DNA from: Lama glama
Lineage: Eukaryota
Assembly: GCA_028534125.1 (NCBI GenBank)
Contig: CM052817.1
Span: 39,186,001-39,246,000 of the forward strand
DNA length: 60,000 bases
Direction: 5' to 3'
Below are positions 27,361 through 38,725 of this stretch, piece after piece (the first letter of the stretch is position 1; each line of letters begins with the position of its first letter). A model generated the notes under the pieces. It saw only the letters and a program-made list of their open reading frames with translations, was not told where the DNA came from and made no database searches. The position numbers were made by a program, and so were the translations under genes.

Positions 27361-27510
27361 GGGGTGGGAAGGTATAGCTCAGTGGTAGAGTGCATGCCTA
27401 GCGTGCACAAGATCCTAAATTCAATCCCCAGCACCTCCACTAAATAAATAAATAAACAAAAACAAACAAACAAACAAACAAACCTAATTATCACATCCCT
27501 CAAAAAAAAA
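27361..27510 (+). mobile_element. tRNA-derived SINE, camelid Vic-1 type
   Basis: GGTATAGCTCAGTGGTAGAGTGCATGCCTAGCGTGCACAAGATCCTAAATTCAATCCCCAGCACCTCCA. A box at 27375-27385, degenerate B box at ~27418-27427, (TAAA)n/(CAAA)n stretch, CCTAATTA and an A-rich tail. Confidence 0.85.
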
Positions 27511-27599
27511 GCAAAACAAGAAGCCTGGAAAACCTTTCCACAGATTGAGAAATATAAAACAGGTTGAGTTTTATCCCCTGAAGCTGAGGGCAGTATGAA

Positions 27600-27830
27600 G
27601 TCATGGAAAGAGGATGGATTTTGTAGTTAGACAGATGTGAGTTCAAACACCAGTCTGTCTGTCACTTATTTGCTGTTTGACCTTGGGCAAATATTTGTGC
27701 GTCTCTGAGGTTTTTACATTAGTGGAACAGGCAAAGTCATTATGATCTTGGAGAGAATACAAGACTTCATGTAGATATGGGCTAGCATGGTTCCTAGAGC
27801 AGAGTTGGCATTTAATAAATGCAACTTTTC
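27600..27830 (+). mobile_element. MIR SINE
   Basis: GAGTTCAAACACCAGTCTGTC...CACTTATTTGCTGTTTGACCTTGGGCAAATATTT. Confidence 0.7.
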
Positions 27831-29769
27831 TTTTTAAATCCCTTAAATGTAATTTCACTTAAAAATAAAAGTAAAAATAGGGTAAAATACAAACAGATTG
27901 TGATTGTACCAGACGTTTTTCTCTGAAAAAACAAACCAAAAAAAAAAAAACTCCACCAAACAATAGGGGAAACATGATGAAAAAGAAAGTAATTTTCAAT
28001 GGCACTGAACTATTCCCTTGAGTCTTTAAAAATCTCTGATTGAAATGAATGAATATGCAAGTGTCACTTATTGATGGCCTCCTCCCATAAGCAGTGAACT
28101 CCTTTGAAATCATGTAGTGGTAATTGTAAAAGAAGTTACGTGCATAAAATTACTTCTCTGGTGCAATAAGGATCATAAATCAGTTCACAGTCAATCCATC
28201 TGTGACTTCTTCAGTTGTGCGGATTTCATAGATTACAACAAGAAAATAAGTTGAGGATGAATAACTGAAAGGCAGTGGAGGTGCCCTGGGCCTCTTGCTT
28301 ACAGCTTGCTTTGTGTTGGAGACTGGATGAGGGTGAAAGAAGGCAATGAGCTTGAGGAGGTGCATTATGACATCAGCATCCTCTCCCTGGCCCTGTTTGG
28401 TTTCTGAGGAGAGAGGTTTGATCCTCTACATGGCAGAAAGTGTTCATCACCTGCTGGCCATGCCTCCCACTGCGTTCCTCCTGGATCTAATCATTTAGAG
28501 GCTCCTCAAGCTTGAGTGTCAACTATGAAACCCAAAGATAATTTTGTTGAAGATTTTGTCTATAATAGGAAGTTCCACTGGCTTGTCTCTAAGAGAGTAA
28601 CCAGGAGTAGAGGGGTATCTGCCTTTGTTGACCTTGAAGTTCTTAACTGGCAATGAAACACCACACTTTGTTCTCAGGAGGACCCAACTGCTGCAATGCT
28701 TCCAAGTGCTTCCCTCTTGGTGGCGCCTTTAGCTAGTCATGACAGGAATATTGATCAGGAATAACCTAATGAAATATGAGTGCCAGTGGATGTGTTGGGG
28801 ATAGAGCAGATCTAGTCTGTGAGAGTTATATTGGATAAGAATTGGGCCCATTAGGTGCCTCGTTGAGTATTCAGGGGAGACAATTCTTGCTTTATAAAAT
28901 ATGCTTTGGTTTGCCTTATGGAAAATTTATTGTTCATTCATTTGATGCACTCCTTTAAGAGGTCAACTTTGACTTTCAGTGCTCTCAGAATTTATTCTTT
29001 ACTCCATTGTTCCTTGCAAACCGTCGTTATTGAATTTCTTTGTGCATTTGAGTTGTCAAATAGCCAATGCACTCTCTAAACTGCTTTATACAATTAACAG
29101 GTATTTTGTGATTCGAGCAGGATGAAAAATCAGACTTATTGGTGCTACTTATCAACACAGAGAGGACAAATGAAATTAGCCTCCTCTGTTTTCAGAAATA
29201 AAACATGCCAAAGCCAATGCTCCCACACCCATATGGGACAACTAACTGGGAAATGGTCAGATCATTAGGCTGTAATACTGTGAAAATATCTGCTGTCCAT
29301 GAAAAATGTCCAGGCTCTGCTCCTTTGGTGGTGGGACTGAGAGCTTTTTAACGGGAGTGCATTTTAATAGCTAGCAAAACATGGAAGAAGGATAAAGATC
29401 GTTGATGCCATGTCTTAATCAGACATTATTGGATAATGACTAGATAATACATAAATTTTAATTCTAATGACCAAGTAAGGTTATTTTAACTACATAGTTT
29501 ACCTTGAAGTAGCTTAGAAATCCTTAAAGAAAGTGTTCACAGCATCCAAAACTGATCATAGGACAAATTGTTGCTCAGTGTTGGTTCCTTCACCATTAAA
29601 TAAGGGTAGCTATTAACACTGGGGTTCAGAATGACTTTCCCAGTTGATGCAGTGTGATGGCACATGACCTGCAGTTCTTATTTTCCAGTTGAGGTCCCTG
29701 CTCCAAGTATATTGAGGCAGAGTTGCCCAAAATAAGAGCTCAGTAGAAAATAGTTCAGAGAAAAGTTCC

Positions 29770-30215
29770 CACTTTTCAGACCGGCAAACGAGGCTTCCTG
29801 CAGTCTTGGCCTGGCTACCTTTTCAGATGTGTTGCGTGCTTTCCCTTCTGAGTCTCAGCCTCACTAGAGCATTTCCACTTCCTCAGATTCACCCCATCAT
29901 TTCGCCCATAATATTTCCTTGGCCTGGAATGTTTTGTCTATTTTCTCCTTCAGTTTTACTAAATGAATGCCTCCTTGAAACCTTCTCCCAGCCTCCAGTA
30001 GAACTGACCATGTTTTTCTTTGTAAATTAATGTGACCTGCTCTGATTTCTTTGCGTGATCACAGTACTATTCTACATATGATTTATATATCTGTCTCCTA
30101 CAAACTTATGGAATCTTGAGGCCAGGGATCCTATCTAATTCATCTTTGTATTCTGAGCACCTGTAAAATGCCTGACATTGAATAAATAAATGAACAAAAG
30201 AGTGAATGAATGAAA
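29770..30215 (+). mobile_element. L2 3' fragment
   Basis: TCTTGAGGCCAGGGATCCTATCTAATTCATCTTTGTATTCTGAGCACC...TGAATGAATGAA. Confidence 0.7.
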
Positions 30216-30469
30216 AAATCCAGTGAAGCAAATATTGGCCTTATAACCCAAAGTACAGATGGCAAACACCCAGCCCCAATGCTGTATTTTCCCTTCTCTT
30301 ATGCAGAACAGACTTTTTGAATTAATTATGGGCCAGTGAACCTAGATCCAGGCAGCCTATGCCTTCTGCATTTAGCTTTTTTCTTGTGTAGTCTTAGTAT
30401 TTAATAAAATTATTCAGAGCAGTGGTATCCTAACTTTTTTGATTACACAAATGAGTAACCTTATTAGTA

Positions 30470-30917
30470 AACATAACTGGGGGTGCATCCTCTTTGGATG
30501 CTTCTGTGTTTCCCTCTGGGCCACATGAGAAGACTGGTCCATATGGGCCACATCACTGGGCTCCTTTAGCCTCTGATTTCCGGTGGGTTTGGCAGGAAAT
30601 GGAGGATAAGACAGAATGAGGCCAGGACAGTATTTCCCTGGCTCATACCCTGCCCAGTGGCCGTGGGTTAGCTTGCTCCCTGTCCTGAAGGCTACAGCTC
30701 CTGCCACGTGGACCTCTCCATACCTCTCCCCTTGGTTCTGGCATCTCTTCCCTCCATTTGTCCCTCCCTGTATTTACTTGTCTGGACTGTATCCTCTCCT
30801 GCTGCCTTTACTGAAGCCTGGTTCCCCAAACTGGTGTCAACTGTCCTTCTCTTAAACTTTCTTCAGTTTATTCAGTTTGCAGATAACTTCTATTTCCTGC
30901 TGAGCCTGACTGATCTA
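30470..30917 (+). mobile_element. LTR33-like ERVL LTR
   Basis: GGGCTCCTTTAGCCTCTGATTTCCGGTGGGTTTGGC...CTGAAGGCTACAGCTCCTG...TTTCCTGCTGAGCCTGACTGATCTA. Confidence 0.6.
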
Positions 30918-33304
30918 CTGCCAAGGCATGTAATCATTTTTAGTGTGCCACTATATACTAATCACAATCCATATATTAAGTATTATTAATAGAGCCCAAT
31001 TTCTCTTATTTTTCTGAAGGAGATGAAGTTTCAATATTTTCTTCCCACACCCTGGTTGATCCCTTTTCAGCTTTGGAAACCGTGGATTTAGAAACCAGTT
31101 ATCCAAGTCTTCCTATCAGATTTCGCGGAATAAGACTCCTCTGAGTGTGGCTTTGAAGGCACAGCAAGAGCGGAGACTGGTTTCTGCAGGATTTACGTAC
31201 TTAGAGAAAAAACCGTGGCCATGGGATGTGCTCACTGCTGCTGGCGTTTCCGTTCCCCTCAGAGCCTCCGAGCCAGTGCAGCCGCTGCTGGGCAGAGAGC
31301 AGTAGCATGGCTCAGTACACAGGCAGCCAGGAAAGTGAGTCTGGAGAACATTAGGCTGGGACCAAATAATGCTTGAATTGCAGTCTTTCATTTTAAAGAG
31401 ATTTGTTTTTAAATAATGAATGAAGGCATCACAACCCTTTGGCTTTGAGACTTTTAATTCTTCATTCTTTACTATAGAATGCTTCCGGCCCCTGTGGCTC
31501 GGCCCAAATCAAAATCCATGTTCTAGCAATGCCTATGGACAGGATCTGCAAGCAATCTGACTGTTACTTATGGTTGATTATATTTTAAAAGGGAATTGGC
31601 TCTACCTAGTGCCTCCTGGAAACAATTGAACCGAAGTTTTGTGATTTATATTTATTTTCACAATTGTAGACACTTTCAGACAAGTGTTTACATCTCCTGT
31701 GTGTTGGTAACATAACCATAGTTACATCTTGTGTCATCTAAAAAAATTATTTCAGGGCTCTCATATGCACCACAGATTTATCTCCTTCACTCTCCAATCA
31801 GTATTATAAATAGATCTGGTCTCCTTAGCAATAGGTCTCGTGAAAGTTTTGAATAAAGCTAAATATTCTATGAGTTTTCATTGTTCAGGGCATAATATCT
31901 TGATTTCTAGGGCATTAGGAAAATTTTCTCCTTTATCATGAAGACTATGTTTTCCCCCCTACTTTGATTAAAACCTTAAATAAATATGACATAATGACCA
32001 ATGGGAATATTAAGAGAGACAGCCTCATTGTTTAGGCTGTTACAATCACCTTGCTCTGACATGGCTTTTAATTTGGGACCGGAAAACTGAGAATCCAGAG
32101 TGGTATGTGGTAATGTGGTAGTAAGTAATGAATTAGCAGAGTAAACTGGGCTGAAATCAGGAGTTACTTAATACCGAGCCAAATAGTTGAAACCAGGATG
32201 GGTGTGAATTTGGGGAGAAAAAAATAGTTAAAATGATCAGGTAGGGAGAGAAAATTGTTCTGGCTACATATGGAAGAAATCCTGCCTTTTTTTCAGATCT
32301 TTAGGGGTCTTTGCTTAGGATTCAGCTGTAGGAAAGTAAGTTGAAGCAGGAACCTGATCTTTTGGTGCCTAACATTAGTAGTAGAGATACTAATAGAGTA
32401 TTAGAATCTGAAAGGATGCTCTAATACTCAAAAGTGTTTGTTTACCAGTGAATTGACTGAGGACCAGAGATTTGGGGTGACTTCCACATGAAACTGGAGC
32501 ACCCCACATCTGCTGGTCCCCAGGTTCAGGTAGTTTCCACCAGACCAGATGTCTTCAAAGTGTTATGCTTATGTTTTAGAGATGGAAGGGATCTGGGAAA
32601 CTGTCTTGATTCAAAGGGTTCCACTTTGCAGTAGGAAAGATGCCCAAGTTATTCATTAAGTGAGCAACAGAACAAGAACAAAACCTAAGTCACAGGATTC
32701 CTAGTCTGGTGCTTTTCCCCCATGATATCAGCATTTATCCATATGCCAGATACTGTGTTAGGCACCAAAGCACAGAGACAAACACAGTAAGACCTCTGCC
32801 TTTCAAGGGAATTTTCACATATATCCCCGTATAGAAAATGTGGGTCTTCCTTCATTCCCATACATATTCAAGCTAGACAACAGGGGCTGAAAGTGCTTAA
32901 AGCACACTGTGGTGCATGATTTGGTGGAAAATAGTGAAGTGCCTTATGTGAACAATACAGTTCAAGTCCTTTAGATGTAAGTTCCATGTTGGCAGAGATT
33001 GTTTCTCTCTTATTTTTTTCTGCTGCCCCAGCTTTCCCTGGCACACAGTAAGTGCTCAGTAAATTTTGAATGAATGAATGAATGAATATCTGCCTGGTAT
33101 TTAGTGTTTAATAAATGTTGAATGGATAAATGAATGAATGTACTGTGCACTGTTCTGAGGGATTATCCGGAATCTGAAATGATAATGCCAGAGGTCATAA
33201 TTCATGATGCTTGTTTTATGACTGGAGACAAGTTAATTCCATACTGTAGCGGGCCCTGGAAGATTCAAGGCTCCTAAGTTTGAATCCTGGCCCTATCATT
33301 GGGT

Positions 33305-33695
33305 AGAGACTGACAAGAACAAATTTCCCTTTTCTCCTGGGCATGTAGCCAAACTACATTTCCCAACTTCCATTAGAGCTGGACACACCCTTGTGATGAG
33401 TTCTGACCAAAGGAATGTGGGCAGAATTATGCATCCCACGTCTAGGTCTGGCCCTAAAAAACATCCCATGCAATACTCTAATCTGCTATCTGTCTGGTGA
33501 CCAGATGCAGAAATCTAGCAGCGGCCTCTGAGATTCTAGGGAATGTTTCACAATTTTGAAGAAGCCTGGGTCCCTGAATCACCCTGGAGGACCACCAACC
33601 AGACATCTTTACTGAACTGATATGTGAATACGACCTAAGCCTCTGTGTTAAGCCACTGAGATTTTGAAGTTGTCTCAACAGTTATCCTACCCTGT
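33305..33695 (+). mobile_element. MLT1J-like MaLR LTR inserted in a MIR
   Basis: ACTACATTTCCCA...GAGTTCTGACCAAAGGAATGTGGGCAGAA...AGCCTGGGTCCCTGAATCAC...TTAAGCCACTGAGATTTTG. MIR halves lie at ~33250-33300 and ~33700-33880. Confidence 0.7.
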
Positions 33696-35003
33696 TCGGT
33701 CCTTTTGGACAAACCTGGACACAGCTTAGCCTCTCTGAGCCTAGGTTTTCCTACTTGCCCAATGAGGACCATAATGTAACCTGCCTCTTAGTGTTGTTAT
33801 GATACTTATCAACGTGAAGCCCTTAGCATAGTGCTGGGAACATGGTAAGCACTTGATATATGTTAGCTATTATGTACTTTTTATCATCTCAAGTTTGATA
33901 ACCAAAGTATAGCAATTTTAAAGATGTCTGAAAGACCATCCCATATGTTTTTCTCTCTTTATTTCTGGCTACTGAGGCCAACAGATAATCCTCCAGAACC
34001 TTGTATCAGTGAGTCTCAAATATTTTTTTAGAAATAGAACTCTCATTTTTCTTTCTAGTATGGTGTTATATATATGGATGCCAGGTAATAAAAGCAAAGC
34101 TGTTCTAGTTGTAAGAGATGCCCTAGATCTACTTGTCTAGCCTTTCCTTGGGCCTTTTGTTGGGCACCTCTACAGAATCCCTGAGCTACAGAGGACACAG
34201 TTTGAATACTGCTGCCATGGGTGAACACCCTGGGGAAGTGCAGTGTTGTACAGTCACCTAATGCGATGCCCTTATTCCCTCTCCCTACGACTGCCAATCT
34301 TCCCACTCCTTCCGTTTTCTCCCACGCCCGCTCTCCATGCCTTTTCCTGGTTCAGTGCAGGTACTGTGTGGCAGTGAGGCGGTGGTAAATATGGACTTCT
34401 TTTCCTTTCATTTAAAGTAGATTGGTGGCTCTTTTCAATAGACTATTAGAAGAGTAACTGCTATGTATGATTTAAAAGGACTCTGAACTTTGACTCTCCG
34501 CTGTGTGATCTATGGATGGCTTGAAGCCTCGGGGTCAAGGGTTAGAAGTAATGAATTTATGGCTAGATTCTGCCTCCTCTCACTTTGAAAAAAGATGGTA
34601 TATTTGGAACATTAAATTATAAACATTTTTTCTTCCAGAAATGGTCTTAGAGGAAATGTACTAAATCAATATTTTCCAACCCCAATCAAACTATCGTATT
34701 ATTTACCAGGGGCTTCAGGAGTGATTGAAGGGAGAAGGACTTAGGGTGAAGAAAAGACCAAAGCTCCAGCCACTGCTGCTGTGTTTAGGATTAGGGGAAG
34801 GAAAGGACAGGAGGCGGTAAACTTTTTACATGCTAGGGCTAATGCAAATAGTTAGGAAACACTGCTGATCTTTTAAAGGATCAAAAGACGTGATAGGTAG
34901 AAATACTGATGGCTACTCCTCTAAGAGGAGATATTTCAGAGAAACTGGTCTTTTGGTGATTGTATCATCGTGACCCACGAAAAATGAAAATATCCTACTT
35001 ACC

Positions 35004-36142
35004 TTTTTTTTTTTTTTTGCACGACCCCAGCCATTGGCTTCTTTATTGAGCACCAGATTTTCATCATAAGTCACCACAGAAGAGAGATTCAGATTCAACC
35101 AATCCCAGACCCAGGCCCTGATCCAGGCCCGGGCACACAATCAGAGGAGGGGCCCGGCCCTGCTGAGGTATACATGTGTACAGAAATAGGCACACAGGCT
35201 TCAGAGTATCAGTAGCTGATTTTGGAAATCATGGTCTCCCTGGAAGGAGTAAAGGGGAACGTGTCGCTTGACCCCAGAGTAGTGACGTATCCATCCACAG
35301 GGTGAGGGCTCAGAGAGATGGCCACCATGTCTTCATGCATGCTGCCCTGCCGAGGCCGGAGATGTCATCCCATAGGCTTCATAGAGCAGCTCAAGAAGCT
35401 CGTTCTTCTCATCTTCTGGGAGGAAACTGGACTTTGCTGCGTTGATGTTCAGTCTCTTAAACTCCTCTTCAGTGAAGCCCATGTCCTGCTTGGTCATCTG
35501 GTAATCTGTGTCCAGGGTAGACTTGAAGATGAGTGGGTCGTCCGTGTTGAGTGAGTAGTTCGCCTGGTCATTTTTGAACTGAACAACCGCATGCTCCGTG
35601 CCCGGCTTCCAGGCGCCGGTGAGGTAGCTGGACCAGGGGCAGACCTCGAAGTGCATGTTTTCCTGCCGCAGCCTGTTGTAAAGGGCCTCGTCCTCCAGGG
35701 TGTGGTAGCCGTGGCCCAGCCTCTCTGTCTTGAGCGTGTCCACGGCCTCTCTCACCACCTCCGCCGAGCCCGCCTCCCCGGCATGGACCGTGCGGTGAAC
35801 GCCGCTCTTCACGGCCTCCTCGTAGGCCTGCACATGTCCTGGGAAGAGGCTGCTGCCTTGGATGGTCTCATCCCCAGCCAGGTCGATGGCCACCACGGTC
35901 TGCTGCTGGTACTTCTTACACAGCTCCACCACCTCGGGGGACCAGCTGGGCTGGTGGCGCATGCAGCACAGGATGGACTGCACCTTCACCCCGAAGTCTC
36001 GCTCTCCCTCCTGCAGGCCCTGGTCCACTAGGGCCACCACCTCATCCGGGGTGACGTCCCCTTCGGCCTGGTTCCAGGGGATGGGCTCCACCTTGGAGTT
36101 GGCCAGCAGGTGTGGGCTGTAGCGCATCTCCACGTACACCAC
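35004..36142 (-). pseudogene. ADA: Processed (retroposed), 5'-truncated adenosine deaminase copy. Intact frame 36142-35333 (269 codons, ADA residues ~95-363), 3'UTR and poly(A)
   Basis: The translation shows ADA motifs [50 protein letters not shown] and SLNTDDP. No introns. AATAAA at 35047-35042, poly(A) at 35018-35004, TSD ACTTACCT at 34997-35004 and 36141-36148. The first ~94 codons, including zinc ligands H15/H17, are missing. Confidence 0.96.
35042..35047 (-). terminator. Polyadenylation signal AATAAA of the ADA retrocopy
   Basis: TTTATT on the + strand, 23 nt from the retroposed poly(A) tail. Confidence 0.9.
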
Positions 36143-36146
36143 TTAC

Positions 36147-36272
36147 CTGGAATCATTCTCTGGTTCACATAAATATGTGGCACCACATAAATGTGGATAT
36201 TGAATGAACTCTCAGATTATTCTAGAGAGGTTAACAGGCTAGTACCAATGCCCTTGCGTTTGGAGGCCAAGG
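36147..36272 (-). other. Candidate 126-nt non-coding exon abutting the ADA retrocopy
   Basis: Minus-strand acceptor CTCTCTTTGTTTCAG| at 36273 and donor CCAG|GTAAGT at 36146. Stop codons in all three frames. Confidence 0.3.
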
Positions 36273-36545
36273 CTGAAACAAAGAGAGTGCCTCTAAAAAG
36301 TTCATGGTTCTCCAGTGACGTTTCAGATTAGACTTGGAGTCAGGGGTGGCTGTTTTGTAAACAGTCATGCTCAGATGTTCCAACTCTAGGCAGGCCTTTC
36401 CTTTCTTACTAAGCTCTTGATTAGCCCACTCAATGCTTCCTTGGGATTATCGGGAAAAATCGGATGATTATCACTCGTCCACACTGGTCCTTATTTAGAA
36501 GGCTTTGGTAATCCACTTGCCCATGTGAAAATGCTAACGATAATT

Positions 36546-36582
36546 TGTGTGTGCGTGTGTGTGTGCGTGCGCGCGCATGTGC
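36546..36582. repeat. Alternating purine-pyrimidine (TG/CG)n tract
   Basis: TGTGTGTGCGTGTGTGTGTGCGTGCGCGCGCATGTGC. Confidence 0.85.
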
Positions 36583-38179
36583 CCAGCTGCTGTAGGTTGT
36601 ACTAAGCAACATACACATGTTATTTTATCTAATGCTCATTCTGATCTCATGAGACAGTAAAAACAATTTTATAGATGAATCTGAGGCTTTGAGGTGGCCC
36701 AGCTATTATGGAGTGAGCCAGGACTTGAACCCAAGTCTGCTGGACTTTGAGATCTCCATTTAATCGCACCTTTGATAGCCACGTTCAGCAACACATAGTC
36801 CCCCTGTGTTCCCTCCATCTGCCCTAATACATAGTCTCATGAAACTTCATATCACTTTGTTTAACCACCTGAAATTCCCCTCATCAGAAATATATTAAAT
36901 ACATTTTTTATTAAAATGAAGCTTCTACCAGTCAGGTTAAATGGGAAGCAGTAGAAATGGGTTAAATTACATCCTTTTAAAATTAAGGCTTAACTGAGAT
37001 CAGAACAAAGAAGGCATGGGAGCTGTGAGCGAAAATTGTGGTTGTGGAAGAAATCACAGCACGGAGGATATTTATGTGACTTGTCAGCCTCAGTGACATG
37101 TGGCAGTTGTCTGCTGGGGTGAGTCTGGGTATAAAATGGCAACATCGGGGCTCAGGTGGGGAACTGTGAAAGGACATGAGACGGTAAACAGGGGTGCACA
37201 AAAAAGGAGGTAGATGGAACACGAAGACAGACTCCATCCATTCTGCTGTTTTTCCAATGGCCAACTCTGCTCGCCCTGAACAGAGAGAGTGGTAGTCGGG
37301 GGGAGGTTGAAATTTTCTCTGAAGGCCATTTTACTATGTAATTCTCATTCTGTCACACAGATTGCCTTACATAGCTGTATACTAATTTTTCCCCATAGCC
37401 TACTCATATATCGTTATTCAATGAAGTAATAATGTTAAAAGCAAGACAATCTATAATGCACTTTCAATAAAACTCTGAAAAACAGTCATTGATCCTTCCT
37501 TAAGTCGGCTACCTACCCCCAGCTGCCTTATTGCTCTCATTGTAGAGGCGGTTAAATGACCAAAGATACTTAATATGTAAGTTATGAAACATTTCCACTT
37601 CCTTATTTACCACTTAATGGTCATTAAAAGAGTAGGAACATCATCCTTTTTCAGGGGATGTAAGATGGATCCTGGCTTGAATAGAGTACTCATTTATCAA
37701 TAATCAATTACTCAGTTAACCATTAAAGATAATAATCATTTCCACCACACTTACAATAAAATGCTACAAACGTCAATGAATCATTATTTTACCCTAGGGC
37801 AGACCTTAAATCAATTTCTTACTACCATTCATTTTACTTCTGCAGTTGTGGTGGACATTCAAAGGGCCGAAACATAAGGAAATCCTCAAACGGCTGAATG
37901 GTTGGGAGAGGGGAAGCCTGGGAGGTGTAATCTCTGGGATCTCTGTGGATTTTATCCAGGATAACATCCAAGTGGTTCTGATCCACAGGATTTTGCCTTA
38001 CTCTTCAGGTTCATTCCCATTGACCACAGGAGTCTTGATTGGGGATTTCCAATTTCAACTTGTTCAAATCCCATGAGTTGCTTTCATGCTTATTTACCAG
38101 ATTGAGTCTAATATGATGTTGCCTTAAATACACAAAGTGACAGTGGGGATGATGGTGTAATCATGGGGTGGAGATGTAA

Positions 38180-38725
38180 TATCACTCTTCAGAGGCTTCC
38201 CATTGCTCTTAAACTAAAGCAAAAGCTCCTTAAGAAGACTGACGGGGCCCTGAACAGTCTTGTCACTGCGTATCTCTCTTGCTTCATCACACACGCCACA
38301 CTCTGTTTCTCTCTTGTCTTCAGTGAACCTGGCCTTCTTTCAGTTCCTTGTATTCCACGTGATCTCCCCTGCCACAGGGCATTTGCACGCACTCTTCCTT
38401 CAGCCTATGAGGCCACCTGCTCCCTGCTCCCACTTTCACCCACTTAACCTCTACTCTGCCTTCAGTTTTAAGTTCAAGTTTTGCTTTCCCAGGGAAGCCT
38501 TCCGTGATCTGCCCTAGAATACCACTGTGTGCTCTTAGAATACCATTTCCTTCTCCTTCATAGTGCTTTCCCACTTCCAGTTTTACATGTGATCGAGCAG
38601 CTGTTTGACAGATGTAGTCTTGGTCTTTCCCAACAAACTGTGAGCTCGGTTCGGGCAGAGTGGTATCTAGTTGTGCCCACCAGGATGTGCCTAGTTCATA
38701 GTGGGCTTTCAATAAATATCTGTTA
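38180..38725 (+). mobile_element. L2 3' fragment
   Basis: TTCAGAGGCTTCCCATTGCTCTTAAACTAAAG...CACAGGGCATTTGCACGCACTCTTCC...AGGGAAGCCTTCC...TCAATAAATATCTGTT. Confidence 0.8.

Noticed and set aside
27370..27440. tRNA gene
   Set aside because: It is the tRNA-derived head of a SINE, with a degenerate B box and a SINE tail.
27068..27503. Lys/Glu/Arg-rich and Phe/Leu/Ser-rich ORFs
   Set aside because: Translations of the (GGAA)n(GAAA)n microsatellite.
28708..28730. CTCF-like CCCTCTTGGTGGCGCC
   Set aside because: It mismatches the nearly invariant AG core of the motif.
35318..36122. Plus-strand ORFs (78, 146 and 86 aa) over the retrocopy
   Set aside because: Antisense shadows of GC-rich ADA coding sequence.
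35333..36142. Functional ADA gene
   Set aside because: It is intronless with poly(A) and a TSD, has no native start codon, and lacks the N-terminal ~94 residues including two zinc ligands.
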